Part shown: one piece after another, positions 32,242 to 42,141 of the stretch
Position numbering within the stretch: the stretch's first letter is position 1
Layout of the letters: each line of letters starts with the position of its first letter
Translations under genes and position numbers: made by a program
Notes under the pieces: generated by a model
Databases searched by the model: none
The model's input: only the letters and a program-made list of their open reading frames with translations
What the model was told of the DNA's origin: nothing
Assembly (NCBI GenBank): GCA_026713605.1
Contig: JAPOOC010000007.1
Location: 59,418 to 123,417, forward strand
Length of the DNA: 64,000 nt
DNA from: Candidatus Kaiserbacteria bacterium
GTDB lineage: Bacteria; Patescibacteriota; Minisyncoccia; Phycocordibacterales; JABAAK01
Direction of reading: 5' to 3'

Positions 32242-32847
32242 ATGGAAATCCATCAGACAGCAACCACCGGCGTTGCTTTAAAATTTAGCGAGGGCATTGT
32301 TGCCGTGAATCCTCCTGAAAAAAGTAAGGGTCCTTCTCCCACAATCATCCTCTCCACCTATCCGGTACCAGTTGGTGGATGGATGAGCACACACAAAACA
32401 GACAGTGGGGAACAGTGTCTGTTTCAAAATGCCGGCGAGTATGAAAAAGAGGGAATCTATATCCGAGGGTTTGGCGGTGAGACAGAAATACAAGGGGTGC
32501 AGGTGCAAACAACCGCATGGTGTATAGACGCAGAGGGAATTCGAGTGTTTATATTGGGTGACAGTATGGAGCAGAAAGACATCACGCAAGCCATGTCTGA
32601 TGCCGGTGACATTGATGTACTCATCCCTTTTTGTGTTACCACAAAGGACAAGCGAATAGATGCAGTCGGCATTGCCAGCGTTGCCGCTGCAACACAGGCG
32701 CAACGAATCGTACCAATCGGCGATAACGAGGCATTGAAAAAAAAATTGGCAAAAGAGTTGGGTGATGCAGAAGAGATAACTGGTAAATATGTACTGAAAA
32801 AGAAAGAATTGCTAGAGGCGAAAGCAAAGGTAATCCTCTTTTTGTAA
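32242..32847 (+). CDS. Metallo-beta-lactamase-fold-like protein (degenerate)
   Basis: AGEYEKEGIYIRG, FILGD, DIDVLIP, IVPI; no HxHxDH. Confidence 0.6.
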   Translation: MEIHQTATTGVALKFSEGIVAVNPPEKSKGPSPTIILSTYPVPVGGWMSTHKTDSGEQCLFQNAGEYEKEGIYIRGFGGETEIQGVQVQTTAWCIDAEGIRVFILGDSMEQKDITQAMSDAGDIDVLIPFCVTTKDKRIDAVGIASVAAATQAQRIVPIGDNEALKKKLAKELGDAEEITGKYVLKKKELLEAKAKVILFL

Positions 32848-32860
32848 AACAAAATAATGT

Positions 32861-33001
32861 ATGCATCCTGAAGAATTCCTCAAGCAGCAAAAAGAGCGGA
32901 ATAAGAAAAAGAAGAAGCGGATAATAACCGCCTGTGTGGTGATCTGCATAATGTGGGTACCCATCGCACTCTTTTTATATAAACCCTCTTTTCTATTTTA
33001 A
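32861..33001 (+). CDS. Small single-TM protein, 46 aa (below the ORF-track cutoff)
   Basis: Manual translation: MHPEEFLKQQKERNKKKKKRIITACVVICIMWVPIALFLYKPSFLF*. Confidence 0.5.
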   Translation: MHPEEFLKQQKERNKKKKKRIITACVVICIMWVPIALFLYKPSFLF

Positions 33002-33063
33002 GAAGGAGAGATGCCGATAGCCACAATAGGCGATAGGGTAATGTGATATACTGCCAATAAGCT

Positions 33064-35514
33064 ATGGCAGAAGACACAGCAAACCAACATTCCAAGATTT
33101 TCAATAAGGATATTACCGAAGAGATGCGAAGCGCATATTTGGATTATGCGATGTCCGTCATCACGGCCCGCGCGCTACCTGATGTGCAGGATGGACTGAA
33201 GCCGGTGCAACGCCGTATCCTCTATGCAATGTTTAGTATGGGGTTACGGCACGCCGCGAAGACCCGCAAATCAGCGACGGTGGTCGGTGAGACCCTCGGT
33301 AAATATCACCCGCACGGTAACCTGGCGGTGTACGAAGCAATGGCGAAGATGACGCAGAATTTTGTTACCCGATACCCACTGGTAACCGGACAGGGGAACT
33401 TTGGCTCCATAGACGGCGACCCGCCTGCGGCAGAACGATACACCGAAGCGAAGATGTCTGCATACGCGGAAAAGATGATGGAGGATATTGAAAAAAAGAC
33501 GGTGGACTTCACGCCAAACTATGAAAACACCCTTGAGGAGCCAAAAGTGCTGCCAGCAAAAGCGCCAAATTTACTCGTAAACGGAACGCTCGGCATTGCC
33601 GTTGGTATGGCAACTGACATTCCACCACACAACCTGCGGGAAGTGTGCGACGCACTGATATGCCTGATTGAAAACCCTGACGCTTCAACAGAAGATCTGC
33701 TGCAGCACATCAAAGGACCTGATTTTCCAATGGGCGCAATCGCATACGATAAAAAAGCAATAGCACAGGCATACGCAACTGGGCGAGGTGGTGTACTGGT
33801 ACGAGGTGAGGTTGAGATTGTAGAAGGCAAAAAAGGAGTGAGCTTGCTCATCAGTTCCATCCCTTACCGAGTGAACAAAGCCCGACTGATTGAAAAGATA
33901 GGAGAATTGGTACGCAACAAAAAAATAGAAGGCATCAAAGACCTTCGCGACGAGTCAACAGACGACATACGAATTGCCATTGAGTTGAAAGCAAACGCAC
34001 AGCCACACCGGTTGCAAAATGCACTCTACAAGCACACCCAACTTGAGGAAACATATCACTACAACATCGTTGGATTACTAAACGGCATACCACAGACCCT
34101 AACCTTGCACCAGCTCCTGCAAGCATACATAGACCACCGGCGGGTGATCGTTGAGCGGGCAATCAAGTTTGACCTTACTCGCGCAAAAGATCGGGCACAC
34201 ATAGTAGAAGGGTTGAAAGAAGCACTGGATCACATAGACAAGATCATCACGCTCATCCGAAAATCACGAGAAGTGAGCGACGCGCGAAAAGCATTAATGA
34301 AAGCGTTCAAATTTTCTGAAGTACAGGCAAACGCTATTTTAGAAATGCGACTACAGAAACTTGCCGGACTAGAGCGGAAAAAGGTGGAAGACGAATTAGA
34401 AAACCTGCAGAAGACCATCAAGCGGCTTGAGGGCATTTTACAAAGTAAGAAAAAAATTGACGAAGAGGTTAAAAAAGGAATACAGGAGGTGAAAGAATTG
34501 TTTGGGGATGACCGCCGCACCAAAATCATAAGCCAGGCACACAACGCAGTAGCAGACGAAGACCTCATCCCTGAAAAGCGGTGCATCATTATGATCACCG
34601 GTGGCGGATACATCAAACGCACCACAAATGATGAGTATAAACGACAGCGACGAGGTGGCGTCGGCACGAAAGGGGCAGAGTTAAAGGAGGAGGACTTCAC
34701 CACCATCTCCATCAGCGCGAGCTCACACGACATACTCTACTTCTTCACCGACAAAGGGAAAGTGTACCAGCTGAAAGCATACGAGATACCTGAAGCAAGG
34801 CGAACCGGTGCCGGACGAGCGCTTGTCAACTTTATCGAAATAGATGCAGACGAGCGGGTAACCTCCATTGTGCCAGTGGCAGAGGACACAAAGAAAAATG
34901 CCTACCTTTTCTTTGCAACACAAGATGGGACAATTAAAAAAGTAGCGATAAGCCAGTTTGAAAATATCCGTAAGACCGGCATCATCGCCATTTCGCTTGA
35001 TCGTGGTGACCAATTAGTAAACACCATGTTCTGCGCAAACGAAGATACGATTATACTGGTAAGCAGGGACGGCAAGGCAATTCGGTTCAGTGCAAAAGAA
35101 GTGCGAGCATCTGGCAGATCCGCGAAGGGGGTTCGAGGGATACGACTTGGCAAAGAAGACGCTGTCATCGGTGCGCTGGTAATACCAGCAGATACAAAGA
35201 TGAGAAGCCGTCTGCTGACCATCAGTGAGAAAGGGTACGGCAAGCAAACAAAAGCTGATTCATTTAAAATACAAAAACGCGGTGGCAGTGGCATAAAAGC
35301 TGCCGAAGTGGCAACAAAAACCGGAAAAATTGTCGGTATCCACATACTGCTTGAAAAAACAGATGACGAGTTGATAACGATGTCCAAGAAAGGACAGATG
35401 GTACGGATGGCAACGAATGAAATCCCTGAACGCGGACGACAAACACAGGGGGTGCGGGTTATGAAACTGAAAGGAGATGATATACTGACGGCAAGCACCA
35501 TGGTGCAACAATAA
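33064..35514 (+). CDS. gyrA: DNA gyrase subunit A
   Basis: [27 protein letters not shown], GyrA-box QRRGGVG, C-terminal pinwheel repeats. Confidence 0.98.
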   Translation: MAEDTANQHSKIFNKDITEEMRSAYLDYAMSVITARALPDVQDGLKPVQRRILYAMFSMGLRHAAKTRKSATVVGETLGKYHPHGNLAVYEAMAKMTQNFVTRYPLVTGQGNFGSIDGDPPAAERYTEAKMSAYAEKMMEDIEKKTVDFTPNYENTLEEPKVLPAKAPNLLVNGTLGIAVGMATDIPPHNLREVCDALICLIENPDASTEDLLQHIKGPDFPMGAIAYDKKAIAQAYATGRGGVLVRGEVEIVEGKKGVSLLISSIPYRVNKARLIEKIGELVRNKKIEGIKDLRDESTDDIRIAIELKANAQPHRLQNALYKHTQLEETYHYNIVGLLNGIPQTLTLHQLLQAYIDHRRVIVERAIKFDLTRAKDRAHIVEGLKEALDHIDKIITLIRKSREVSDARKALMKAFKFSEVQANAILEMRLQKLAGLERKKVEDELENLQKTIKRLEGILQSKKKIDEEVKKGIQEVKELFGDDRRTKIISQAHNAVADEDLIPEKRCIIMITGGGYIKRTTNDEYKRQRRGGVGTKGAELKEEDFTTISISASSHDILYFFTDKGKVYQLKAYEIPEARRTGAGRALVNFIEIDADERVTSIVPVAEDTKKNAYLFFATQDGTIKKVAISQFENIRKTGIIAISLDRGDQLVNTMFCANEDTIILVSRDGKAIRFSAKEVRASGRSAKGVRGIRLGKEDAVIGALVIPADTKMRSRLLTISEKGYGKQTKADSFKIQKRGGSGIKAAEVATKTGKIVGIHILLEKTDDELITMSKKGQMVRMATNEIPERGRQTQGVRVMKLKGDDILTASTMVQQ

Positions 35515-35527
35515 TCGTCAGTGTCGT

Positions 35528-36844
35528 ATGAACAAACAAAATTTTCAAATTATCATCTATGTCATATTCGGGCTGTTAATCCTTGTCGGCTTTGGTAGTT
35601 TAGCGCTCTATGGTTTCCTAAAAAAGAATGAACAGTCATCATCACAGGGAAAGGGGTCACAAGAACGAGAACGCATTGAGATTGTTGTGTGGGGAACACT
35701 GGGTAGCGACAAAGCAAATACTATTTTCAAAAACTTGCATGGCAGTGCGGACAAAGGGTATAGCACGGTGCAGTACCGAGAAAAGAACACCGACTCCTTA
35801 GAAGATGAATTTGCCCGTGCTGTTGCCTACGATGAGTGGGTGCCAGACCTACTATTGCTGGAGGCATCCGAGGTGCTTGCGCTGGAGCACACTGCCCTCA
35901 GAACCATTCCGTTCGGATATGACCCAGTAACCACCGCCGCGGAGTACCAAAACTTATTCACGCCGACAACACACCTCTTCCTACGATCAGACGGCTATAT
36001 CGCACTACCGGTGTTGGCAGACAGTGTAGTGCTGTACTACAACGAAGGTTTGCGCCGGCAACAAAATCTACGCCAACTACCGAAAGTGTGGAAGGACTTC
36101 ACCGAAAAAGAGTATCAAGAAATCGCAAGCGAATATAGAAAAAATGACAAAGCGATAGCACCATTCGGCGCATACGGCAATTACACCAACGCACCATACC
36201 TATTCACAGCACTAATGCTACAAGCGCAAGAATTCGGCACCGCAGCACCATCGACGGCAGATCTCATTTCATTCTACACAAACTTCGCCTCACTGCGATC
36301 ACCAGTGCAGACATGGAGTGAATCTTTTTTAAATGCGCGAAGCATGTTCATCGGCAATCAGCTCTTATTTTACCCAGGATTTATTAGTGAATATCAGGGG
36401 TTGCAACAGGCAAACCCAAATATCGTAATCCAGGCAGCACCACTACCACAACTATCCGCCGACAGCACCATAGTCACACCAACAAAAATCTATGCCCTCG
36501 CCATCCCAGAAAAAGGCAGGCATGTGGGACCAGCGCACCGAGTACTATTTGACGCAGCAACCGTTATACAGCAGATCGCAACAGATATTTTTAAAGCAAC
36601 CACAATGCCACCACCGTTGAACAGCTTAAACAGGGAATCAGGCGCAGAGACAGAGGAAGGGGAGGCATTCTTCAATACCATCACGGCAACGGAGCAGGTA
36701 TTTCTAGACACCCTCTTTACTGGTAGAAGTGTATCCCTCACACCAGAGACAAAAACAACCATACGAGACACACTAAAAAGTGTCATCATCGGAACCCACA
36801 CTGCAGACCAAGGTGCGCGGACAATGCAGAACCTTTTTGAGTAA
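35528..36844 (+). CDS. Membrane-anchored extracellular solute-binding protein (sugar ABC type)
   Basis: N-terminal TM, IVVWGT, PDLLL, ALPVLADSVVLYYN, APLPQ. Confidence 0.75.
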   Translation: MNKQNFQIIIYVIFGLLILVGFGSLALYGFLKKNEQSSSQGKGSQERERIEIVVWGTLGSDKANTIFKNLHGSADKGYSTVQYREKNTDSLEDEFARAVAYDEWVPDLLLLEASEVLALEHTALRTIPFGYDPVTTAAEYQNLFTPTTHLFLRSDGYIALPVLADSVVLYYNEGLRRQQNLRQLPKVWKDFTEKEYQEIASEYRKNDKAIAPFGAYGNYTNAPYLFTALMLQAQEFGTAAPSTADLISFYTNFASLRSPVQTWSESFLNARSMFIGNQLLFYPGFISEYQGLQQANPNIVIQAAPLPQLSADSTIVTPTKIYALAIPEKGRHVGPAHRVLFDAATVIQQIATDIFKATTMPPPLNSLNRESGAETEEGEAFFNTITATEQVFLDTLFTGRSVSLTPETKTTIRDTLKSVIIGTHTADQGARTMQNLFE

Positions 36845-36894
36845 ATAGCCACCCGCCGTCACAAACAAAAACGCCATGCTACAATCAAGGTAGT

Positions 36895-37275
36895 ATGTTG
36901 TACACAACTATACTGACAGCGTTCACCCCCACTGCACATGCGGAATGCGGAGCCGGCGTTATTTTCTGCAACCCATTGGAATACGACACTGTCGGTGAAT
37001 TGTTGCTGGCATTAACAGACGGCATCACCATTATATTGATGCCCATCATCGTCCTCGCCATCGCCTACATCGGTTTCCGCATGGTACTCGCCGGAAAAGA
37101 AAAAAATGCCGACTACAGTAAGTGGAAAGACGCATTTGGGTGGTCACTGGTCGGCTTATTCCTTGTCCTTGGCGCGCGGGGCATTCTCTTTGTAATTCAA
37201 AACACCATCAACGATGTATTAGGAGATGAGTACCAGGTGGAGGTTGTAGAAAAAGCGCTGGAAGAGCAAGAATAA
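36895..37275 (+). CDS. VirB2/TrbC-like pilin (CPR type)
   Basis: CNPL motif, two TM helices, GFRMVLAG..K.A..WSLVG. Confidence 0.75.
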   Translation: MLYTTILTAFTPTAHAECGAGVIFCNPLEYDTVGELLLALTDGITIILMPIIVLAIAYIGFRMVLAGKEKNADYSKWKDAFGWSLVGLFLVLGARGILFVIQNTINDVLGDEYQVEVVEKALEEQE

Positions 37276-37280
37276 AGAAT

Positions 37281-37628
37281 ATGAAAAAAAGTGTATATAC
37301 AAAAATACTGGCAATACCTCTGATCTGCAGTATGGCAGCGGGCGCAAGCAAAGCATACGCCCAGCCAACATGGGAGAATCTCTCGCTCAAAGGTATCGTA
37401 GACCTCGCCATCCAAGCGCTTGGCGGAGTACTTATACCACTTGCGGTAACAATCCTCTTCTTCGTATTTATATACGGCATCGTACTCTATATGCGCGCCG
37501 TAAGCAAAGGTGACAGCAACATGGCAGACCTCGCCAAGAAGCGCCTCCTCTATGGCATCATCGTCCTCTTCGCCGTTTCATCCCTTTGGGGCTTCGTGTA
37601 CCTCCTCCGCAACTTGTTCACCGGATAA
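37281..37628 (+). CDS. VirB2/TrbC-like pilin (CPR type)
   Basis: Signal peptide, FIYGIVLY..AKKRLLYGII.LF..SLWG. Confidence 0.75.
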   Translation: MKKSVYTKILAIPLICSMAAGASKAYAQPTWENLSLKGIVDLAIQALGGVLIPLAVTILFFVFIYGIVLYMRAVSKGDSNMADLAKKRLLYGIIVLFAVSSLWGFVYLLRNLFTG

Positions 37629-37632
37629 AGAA

Positions 37633-37665
37633 AACACCTAACACGACGATGGCGTGTTAGGTGTT
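37633..37665. terminator. Hairpin between convergent pilin and amidase genes
   Basis: AACACCTAACACG/CGTGTTAGGTGTT perfect 13-bp stem. Confidence 0.7.
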
Positions 37666-37683
37666 CAAAGGTAATAAAGATTG

Positions 37684-38232
37684 TTAAAAATGTTTCCCCC
37701 ACGAGAGCTTTCTCACCTCTCGCTTCAAATACTCTCCACAGCAAAGCGTTGCTCTACAGTGGGAGTGGGGGATCACATTACGGATACGCCGCTCTTTCTG
37801 CAACTGCCTCACCAGTGCATCCAGAGAGGCAACCTGTGCTTTAGTCGGCCGATGCTTTGAGAAGTCACCAGCCAAGCATACCGCAACGGAATGCTTGTTG
37901 ACACGCCAGTTACCGGCGTGGTGACCAACATCATCCGGGTCACGAACCTTCCACACCTTGCCGTTCGGTGTGATCAGGTAATGATAGGCAATGTGCAATC
38001 CGGCACTCTTGCCCATCTTCCGAAATTTCCGTCTGTGCAGACGGCTAATTTCTGCCGTCACCTGCTTGATGTCATTGCTTGCCACACCAGCGGTGTGGTG
38101 CACCACAATAGTCGTGATGGCACGGCGCGTACCACCAAGTAATGAATCGCCTCCTCTGCGCGCACCGCCACAGCCATACAGCCAAAAAGCGGTGGCAATA
38201 CAAAACAGGAAAAAGAAAACAAATTTCCTCAT
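37684..38232 (-). CDS. N-acetylmuramoyl-L-alanine amidase (Amidase_2/PGRP-like), putative lipoprotein
   Basis: IVVHHTAG, IAYHYLI, HAG..N..SVAVCL.GDF, IPH..TLCCG; lipobox-like LYGC; GAGGAGG SD before the ATG at 38232. Confidence 0.88.
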   Translation of the reverse strand: MRKFVFFFLFCIATAFWLYGCGGARRGGDSLLGGTRRAITTIVVHHTAGVASNDIKQVTAEISRLHRRKFRKMGKSAGLHIAYHYLITPNGKVWKVRDPDDVGHHAGNWRVNKHSVAVCLAGDFSKHRPTKAQVASLDALVRQLQKERRIRNVIPHSHCRATLCCGEYLKREVRKLSWGKHF

Positions 38233-38353
38233 ATTGAGAACCTCCTCGAATTCAAACCCACACCATGTACTTACATAATAAAGCAAAGATAGATGGTGTG
38301 TCAATAAAAAAGCGCACAATGGATTAGTATGCCCATGTGTGCGCTAAAAGAAG

Positions 38354-38380
38354 AATACCCCGACACAGTGTCGGGGTATT
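38354..38380 (-). terminator. Intrinsic terminator
   Basis: AATACCCCGACAC/GTGTCGGGGTATT inverted repeat followed by CTTCTTTT on the minus strand. Confidence 0.75.
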
Positions 38381-38735
38381 ATGGTTGATCCAATTATAAT
38401 TTACTCTTTACTTCCCTGCACGATGGCTGGTCGATAGAAAGTGCGAGGTCAGTGGCGTTGGCGCGCCCTTCCTGATGCACTTAGCAAGGGAGTTTTTTTC
38501 AAATATAAAAATTCAATCACGGGAATAAGTGAGCCAGAGAACCATCACTTATTGATCACCTATGATCTAGGATCTGACGGGGAGCATGATCTTCTCCATC
38601 TGAGGATCTTTCGGTGCAAAGCCATGAGCACCTATTCAATCATCAGCAGACAGGAAAACCATCTCGGCATCAAATCCTGTGGTAGGGAGCAGGGTCCTGA
38701 AACGCAGGATTACCTCACGTCTCCCGACCACTGAT
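38381..38735 (-). ncRNA. Candidate structured ncRNA (unidentified)
   Basis: Bounded by a near-consensus promoter and a terminator; no long ORF on this strand; several hairpins. Confidence 0.45.
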
Positions 38736-38738
38736 AGC

Positions 38739-38767
38739 ACTATAGCACTTGCCGTTCTTTTTGTCAA
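38739..38767 (-). promoter_or_regulatory. Sigma70 promoter with extended -10
   Basis: TTGACA-17 nt-TATAGT, with TGn immediately before the -10. Confidence 0.7.
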
Positions 38768-38909
38768 CCCTATGATATAACTACACTACCAGCAAGATTA
38801 TTTGTAAAATATGCGGTAGAAAAGCAAAGGATTTTTAAGAAAATCACCCGCAATTTTTTCCACATACCTGTTTCAAGATGTGAAAAAGCAGGGTATACTC
38901 AAAATAAGT

Positions 38910-39458
38910 ATGAGTAGTATACACAACCGCAAAACAATAAGCAAGGTCTTGTACGGTGCGGGCATTATCATCATAAGCATAGCATTCCTTTTCACTACCT
39001 CACAGTATGTAGCACATGCCCATACAGGCACAAACTTTGCAGCCATTGAACACTGTGCGGGATCTGACACACATGTACACCCATCAGTAAGTGATACACC
39101 CATATGTAGCGGGACTTTAACCTATGCAATAAGCAACTTTTACGAAGGGGCAAATGTGTTTGCGGCTCTCCTACAGACATTGGTAGGCATTGTGGTAACC
39201 GCCGCATTCTTTTACTTTTTCTGGAATTTGGTCAAATATATCCGAGATGAGGAAGGGAAAGACGAGGCAAAAACCAAGATGGGCTATTCATTAGGGGCAA
39301 TTTTTGTCATTGTAACGCTGTGGGGCATTATTGCCTTTGTGCGGGGAATTTTAGGAATTAATACCGAAGATGCAGTTAACACTATTGATATACCCAGAGT
39401 AAACTTCATTAAGGATGATGGCACGGTAATAGAAGAGATTACAGTAGAAGAAGAATAG
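38910..39458 (+). CDS. VirB2/TrbC-like pilin with N-terminal extension
   Basis: FFWNLVKYI..EAKTKMGYSL.AIFVIVTLWGII; start placed at the ATG at 38910. Confidence 0.75.
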   Translation: MSSIHNRKTISKVLYGAGIIIISIAFLFTTSQYVAHAHTGTNFAAIEHCAGSDTHVHPSVSDTPICSGTLTYAISNFYEGANVFAALLQTLVGIVVTAAFFYFFWNLVKYIRDEEGKDEAKTKMGYSLGAIFVIVTLWGIIAFVRGILGINTEDAVNTIDIPRVNFIKDDGTVIEEITVEEE

Positions 39459-39467
39459 TTCGTAACC

Positions 39468-39821
39468 ATGCTAATATTCTCGTACGGTACGGTTTTTGCA
39501 GACACAGCGAATGAAAGCTCTGCGTTGCAAGAGGTAAATAGGGTGCTGAACCTATTTGATAGTTTTTCTGTAGTGATAGAAGTGCTGATCGTCATAGTCA
39601 CAATCCTTGTTTTCTTGTACTTTTTCTGGGGTTTAGTAGAGTATATTCGCAAAAACGATGCGACACTTGAGGAGGCAAAAAAAAAGATTGCGTGGGGAGT
39701 GTTAGGGATATTTGTATTAGTGAGTATGTGGGGACTGATTTACTCCCTCCGCATCTCAGTGCTCGGCTCAAAAGACACCCCAGATCCAAATATAGAATTC
39801 CGAAAAGTAGAGTCGCTCTAA
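39468..39821 (+). CDS. VirB2/TrbC-like pilin
   Basis: FFWGLVEYI..EAKKKIAWGVLGIFVLVSMWGLI. Confidence 0.75.
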   Translation: MLIFSYGTVFADTANESSALQEVNRVLNLFDSFSVVIEVLIVIVTILVFLYFFWGLVEYIRKNDATLEEAKKKIAWGVLGIFVLVSMWGLIYSLRISVLGSKDTPDPNIEFRKVESL

Positions 39822-39850
39822 CCGCATAAAACCCGGTATACTAAACCTAT

Positions 39851-40156
39851 ATGCTCACATACGCCCTCTCAGCAAAAGAAATAGCCAACAACCTCTTTGA
39901 CCACATCGTCAACCCGCTAATGGCAGGCATGCTCTTCATCGCCATCCTCTTTTTCATCATCATCGCGGTAAAACTCATAGCTGGCGCAGAATCAACGGAA
40001 AGAAAAGACCTCTTCACCAAGCTCGGCTGGAGTATTGCTGGCATTTTCATCATCACCTCCGTCTGGACCATCATCGCTTTTGTCAGCAGGGTAGCAGAGT
40101 CAGACATCAAAACATCCCTATACCACTCCGCAGAAATCGCACCACAGTTGACATAA
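39851..40156 (+). CDS. VirB2/TrbC-like pilin
   Basis: IVNPL, two TM helices, WSIAGIFIITSVWTII. Confidence 0.7.
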   Translation: MLTYALSAKEIANNLFDHIVNPLMAGMLFIAILFFIIIAVKLIAGAESTERKDLFTKLGWSIAGIFIITSVWTIIAFVSRVAESDIKTSLYHSAEIAPQLT

Positions 40157-40241
40157 CCACTTTTTCTTGGTACACTCTATCCCAAGTTTGACCTTTTAGA
40201 ATTGAAACCGCGGGCCACAGCGCCCGCATATGGAGGAAAGA

Positions 40242-40739
40242 ATGAAAAAGTTAATGAGAAACCTAGCCATGGCAGTAGTCATGGCAGCGGCGATACTCGC
40301 CGCTGGCTGCGGGACCACCACTGAGGTGGTAGAGGTCCCGGTAGAGATTACGACCTCTCCCACGGAAACGACGGAAGTTGTTGAGATCCCGAACAGGGAG
40401 CTCGACTTAAGCGTTACGGTCGACCAGGCCGTAACAATCACCGCCGCGACGGCGGTTGGCCTCCAGCACCACCAGGCCCCGGAGATCGGCAAAATCGACT
40501 CCCGGACCAAGCGTCCGGTGAAACTCACAGTGATCGGGTCGGACTCGCTTCACGCAAAATCCGATTCGCGCGTAATCGGAGCCCCCAAACACGGGTTCCG
40601 GATCGGCGAGGACACATTGGTCAACCTTGGCGACACGGACCGGGAAACCGATGTTCGCGTCAGGGCGAACTTTGACCACCAGTATTCTGGCGGGTCAAAG
40701 GTTATAGGAGCCCCCAAACCGGCGCTCAAAGTCGACTAA
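40242..40739 (+). CDS. Orphan lipoprotein
   Basis: Lipobox LAAGC; GGAGG SD; TTGACA-17-TACACT promoter upstream; internal repeat S(R/K)VIGAPK. Confidence 0.7.
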   Translation: MKKLMRNLAMAVVMAAAILAAGCGTTTEVVEVPVEITTSPTETTEVVEIPNRELDLSVTVDQAVTITAATAVGLQHHQAPEIGKIDSRTKRPVKLTVIGSDSLHAKSDSRVIGAPKHGFRIGEDTLVNLGDTDRETDVRVRANFDHQYSGGSKVIGAPKPALKVD

Positions 40740-40756
40740 CCCTTTCCCCTTTCCCT

Positions 40757-40806
40757 ATCGCTCTGAGAAAATGCATAGTTTTCTATGTTTTCTCAGGGCG
40801 ATTTTT
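40757..40806 (+). terminator. Intrinsic terminator
   Basis: ATCGCTCTGAGAAAA/TTTTCTCAGGGCGAT stem followed by a T-run. Confidence 0.7.
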
Positions 40807-40928
40807 TATTGCCCAAAATAAAAAATGGTACACAGGTTTCACTTGCATTGGGGTGATGCTTATAAAAATTTGACAAATCATTTTTTTTGAGTATCATAAC
40901 TGTTGGCTGGTCTTAGGAGAATACAAGA

Positions 40929-41792
40929 ATGACTTTTTTGAAGAGAATCGCAACTTTCGCCGCAACTTTCGCAGTCGTGCTCGCACTCACAGCTCCGACC
41001 TTCGCCGTTGATGGCGTGTCCTTTGGGACAACCGCCACCGAGGAAACCGCCGAGGCCGCTGAGGCCGCTCAGGCCGACGAGAAGTCGGGTAACGGCGTCA
41101 ACGACATTGACGTTGACTACAAATCAGAGATAAAATTCGAGGAAGGCGCCATTGGCACCTTCGAGGGTACCAAGGACGCTGCAAAAACCATCGCAGCGAT
41201 CAACGATCCTGCAATAAAGCGCTACGCCCTTCAGGGCATAGTGTACTCCCAAGGTCAGATGAGTGTAGAAAACGCCTACCGGGAACTCCAAGACGGAGAC
41301 CGGAAGGCGATCAATGCAGCGATCAGCTCCAACGACAAGATCGTTAGAGCGCTCACGATTGCAGCATCAGACGCAACTCTGCCGTTGGCGAAGGTGGATC
41401 GTATCCTTCAAAGTATTGAGGGATATGCGATGGCAAACACGTACCTGCTTGCCAAGTTAGGAACGACCAAGGTCGTTTCGAACGAAGGCGGCACCACCCC
41501 CAACCCCTTCAACGAGGGGAATGGACTTGACCTTGCGCATGTAATCGTGTTTGCAGGTCTCGTGATTCTCGCTTGGATCGCGGGAAACAGAGTCCTTGCA
41601 TGGGCGAAGGTCCAGAAGGAAAAGTTGGCTGCAAAGAAAAAAGCCAAAGAAGCCGAAGAAACCGCCGCGAAAGACGCGCTTCGCGAGAAGCGCGCCCGCG
41701 AAACCGGCGGCACCTCACGCAACCGCAACCGCAACCGCAACCGAAACCGCGGTGCGGAAGAAGCAGCCACCTCCGAGGTGGTAGAAGCTTAG
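40929..41792 (+). CDS. Orphan exported protein with C-terminal TM anchor and basic tail
   Basis: Signal peptide, C-terminal TM, (RN)n tail; AGGAG SD; TTGACA..TATCAT promoter. Confidence 0.75.
   Translation: MTFLKRIATFAATFAVVLALTAPTFAVDGVSFGTTATEETAEAAEAAQADEKSGNGVNDIDVDYKSEIKFEEGAIGTFEGTKDAAKTIAAINDPAIKRYALQGIVYSQGQMSVENAYRELQDGDRKAINAAISSNDKIVRALTIAASDATLPLAKVDRILQSIEGYAMANTYLLAKLGTTKVVSNEGGTTPNPFNEGNGLDLAHVIVFAGLVILAWIAGNRVLAWAKVQKEKLAAKKKAKEAEETAAKDALREKRARETGGTSRNRNRNRNRNRGAEEAATSEVVEA
41718..41750 (+). repeat. In-frame hexanucleotide tandem repeat (CGCAAC)4 plus a variant, encoding RNRNRNRNRNR
   Basis: Read directly from the sequence. Confidence 0.85.
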
Positions 41793-41835
41793 ATCTTTCA
41801 TCGGCACCTCCCTCCCAGAGGTTCGGTGCCACTAC

Positions 41836-41867
41836 ATGCCTCCTGCATTTGCAGGAGGCATTTTTTT
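41836..41867 (+). terminator. Intrinsic terminator
   Basis: ATGCCTCCTGCA/TGCAGGAGGCAT followed by a T-run. Confidence 0.8.
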
Positions 41868-42141
41868 ATACACTAAAAAACCTTGAAACAAAAGGACATT
41901 TTGAATATACGGGCTATACGGGTACACTACCGACAGGGTGCCAGCAAAACAATTTGACAAAATCTACTTAAAATGGTATATTATAAAAAGAAATCGCTTT
42001 CTGTGCGATCCATATAAAATAATACTCATCGTTATTTTATATGGGTCGCGCACATAACGGCGACTCAATAGTTTACAATTCAAAAAAAAAACTCCCGCAA
42101 CAGCGGGAATAAATTCCCGCTGTTGCGGGGGAGGAAGAAAA

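Noticed and set aside
38595-38655. Second hammerhead on the minus strand (CTGATGA...GGTGC/GCACC-GAAA)
   Set aside because: There is a 7-nt insertion between the core and stem II, and no valid stem III or UH cleavage site.
38441-38734. 97-aa plus-strand ORF
   Set aside because: GTG start with no SD or -10, no motif, and the promoter and terminator point to the opposite strand.
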